Source of the DNA: Candidatus Electronema halotolerans
Lineage (GTDB): Bacteria > Desulfobacterota > Desulfobulbia > Desulfobulbales > Desulfobulbaceae
Direction: 5' to 3'
NCBI GenBank assembly: GCA_942493095.1
Contig: OW818675.1
Span: 660,001-692,000, forward strand
Length of the DNA: 32,000 nucleotides
Below the pieces are notes generated by a model. It was given only the letters and a program-made list of their open reading frames with translations. It was not told the origin of the DNA and did not search any database. Below are positions 30,123 through 32,000 of the stretch, in pieces; the stretch's first letter is position 1; each line of letters opens with the position of its first letter. The position numbers were made by a program, and so were the translations under genes.

Positions 30123-31298
30123 CTTACCATCCATCACTTTTTCGCAATGTAAAAAACAAGGGAGGCAGGGGACGGAGCATCTGAGCGTATCTTCTGAGCA
30201 GCCTGAGTCCTCTTTTGAAATAAGAACAGACACTTCTCCAAGTTTTTCTGACGACTGGCGGCAGCTCATGCTGTTCCGCATCCTTGTCGGCAACGTCGTC
30301 AAATCCGAAATTTTCAGTTTTTTTTCTCTTGGAAGCGGGTTCCGCATCCTGTCGCGGAGTCCGGCGAGTACGCACCAGTGCATGGCGACCGAGAGGATCA
30401 GCATCAGTCTGGCGATTCTGTCGGCGCGCTCCAGTTTTGTGTCCTCCAAACCGAACCCCCTGGTTTTGAAATCGCTGAACACGGCCTCGCATCCCCAGCG
30501 CATGCCGTAATCAAGTGTTTTATAATAATTTGGCTCAGTTCCTCCGACTGCCAGCAGCCAAGGCTCATCATGTCCCGGCTCCTGGAGAATGCTTAAATTT
30601 GTCTGAACCCGCTGTTCTGTCAGATAAATATTTTTCATAAACAGTTCCTTGCGACCTTTCTTTTCAGCAGGAACAAGGTCCGCAAGAGATGTCTCATCGC
30701 CGGCCTCATTGAAAACTTTAAGATTTTCCTTGAGGCGGAGCCGATAATCCCAGCCGCTGCGGTGGCAGAATGCAATCAGCGGCGCTTGACCGTAAAAACG
30801 GTCGCCGAGCAGCAGCACTCTGCTGCCCTCTGGAAGGAATGATTTTATTTTTTCAAGAAGTTCCATGCAGATATCCGAGCCGATATTGCCCTGTCCTTTT
30901 CGGACCCGCCATAGCAGAGGCAGGGCCCGACCGCCGAAGCGCAATGACAGCGAAAGAATGCCGAAACGGTCGGATAGCTGCGTCTGGTCAATGCACAGAA
31001 TCAGCGTTTCTCCCGAAGCGGAGGCCGTCTCCAATGCCTGACGGATGAAAGGCCGCATCACATCATCATTGTCGATTGAGTCTGTGCTCAGGAAACGGCT
31101 TAACCACTGATATCGCATGTCAATCCGTTCTGTTTCCAGCGGAAGGACAGCCGCCATGTCCATAGTATTGCAACTCTGAACTTCCAAAACCGCCGCCGCG
31201 CACAAGCTTAACTTGCGCAGAGGATTCCTGTTAATTCCGGGCAAAACGTCTCGCAGGCCGGACGAGATTTCCTCTGCCAGATGACTGATCGTGCTCAT
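30123..31298 (-). CDS. IS4-family transposase (DDE), C-terminus probably frameshifted
   Basis: MSTISHLAEEISSGLRDVLPG...ETLILCIDQTQLSD...GSRVLLLGDRFYG...YGMRWGCEAVFSDFKTRGFGLEDT (Y-2-R-3-E-6-K signature). The track ORF runs past the IS border to 29673; the frame coding SYFKRGLRLLRRYAQMLRPLPPLFF (typical C-terminus) is a different one. Confidence 0.85.
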
Positions 31299-31386
31299 AT
31301 TTCACAGAGTTTGAATAAACGAATTGTTTTTTCAATCTTTTTACTCCGGCGTTCAAGCTCTGTCAAGAAAAGTGATGGATGGTAAG
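30123..31386 (-). mobile_element. IS4-family insertion sequence (1264 bp) with 19-bp perfect terminal inverted repeats
   Basis: Left end CTTACCATCCATCACTTTT, right end AAAAGTGATGGATGGTAAG; 10-bp TSD; internal DDE transposase on minus strand. Confidence 0.95.
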
Positions 31387-31396
31387 CAGCGCCGAG
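31387..31396. repeat. 10-bp target site duplication, right copy (CAGCGCCGAG)
   Basis: Immediately outside the right IR. Confidence 0.95.
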
Positions 31397-31753
31397 GTTC
31401 ATGACAGCAATATTTTTGAGGAGCTGCTTGACCCTGACAACACCAGTCGGGATATCTATGCGGATTCGGCATACAGATCTGAAAAAAAGCTCAACTGGTT
31501 GAACGAGAATGGATACAGAGAGCATCTGAACCGCAAAGGAACACGAAGCCGGAAACTGACCGAATGGGAGAAGCAGGGAAATCGGACAAGATCAAAAATT
31601 CGCTCCCGGATTGAACACGTCTTCGGCATCCAGGCGCAACGTGCTGGCAATATGATTCTCCGAGGAACAGGTTTCATTCGCGCTGCTGCGAAAATAGGCT
31701 TGAGAAACTTGACGTTCAATATTGACAGGTACGGAACTCTTAATAAAATTTAA
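31397..31753 (+). pseudogene. IS5-like transposase, 3' part (resumes exactly after the TSD)
   Basis: VHDSNIFEELLDPDNTSRDIYADSAYRSEKKLNWLNENGYREHLNRKG...KIRSRIEHVFGIQAQRAGNMILRGTGFIRAAAKIGLRNLTFNIDRY. Confidence 0.9.
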
Positions 31754-31842
31754 GATTTAAAAAAAAGAAACGCATTCAGGAACATATTTCAACGGAAGTT
31801 TGCTCAAAATAAATAAAAAACAGGAAATAACAATTTAGGTCG

Positions 31843-32000
31843 TCACCCTGTTGAGTGTTGTTTTTCAATCACGACCATGCTGAAGACCTCTTTCAGCGTC
31901 CAAATATGGTCTGTCAAGTCCGCCGCCATAGCCGGTGTGCGCGACAGCCATTTCAGCCCTGAGTTTTCGTCAGCATTCAGCCTCAAAGTTTTCAGCGGTT
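31843..32000 (-). pseudogene. C-terminal part of a further transposase (partial, runs off right edge)
   Basis: Open minus frame PLKTLRLNADENSGLKWLSRTPAMAADLTDHIWTLKEVFSMVVIEKQHSTG*; the RTPAMAAxLTDHIWTLxE ending is typical of a group of DDE transposases. Not in the ORF track. Confidence 0.55.

Overview
This 32 kb bacterial window reads like a deltaproteobacterial / Desulfobulbales-type chromosome; that affiliation is inferred from gene style only. The left two thirds is mostly housekeeping: guaA (3' end off the left edge), guaB, a glutaminyl-peptide cyclotransferase-like gene, tRNA-Ala(GGC), rpmB, an M1-peptidase-like/ChaN/PDZ fusion, a TPR protein, ribE, ribBA, recN, a comF-like gene and an NADP-type icd. 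The right part has a four-gene signalling/membrane operon, a cytochrome P460-like lipoprotein, a DUF3373-like outer-membrane protein and katA, then an accessory zone with palindromic repeats, a REP-associated (Y1) transposase, a VapBC-type toxin-antitoxin pair, and an IS5-like element interrupted by an IS4-like element with a clear 10-bp target duplication. Main observations: (1) guaB is interrupted at its catalytic-Cys loop by a 378-aa intein carrying two LAGLIDADG-type motifs; (2) two adjacent membrane proteins carry five DUF202-like modules preceded by heptad R-T repeats and overlap a histidine kinase and single-domain response regulator; (3) a RAYT gene sits between two identical 28-bp perfect palindromes and 70-bp direct repeats, with another palindrome inside its reading frame; (4) a 36-bp direct repeat with a 36-bp spacer lies downstream of a promoter-like sequence upstream of katA; (5) the IS-in-IS nest resolves to base level. 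No database search was possible, so family names are motif-recognition calls.
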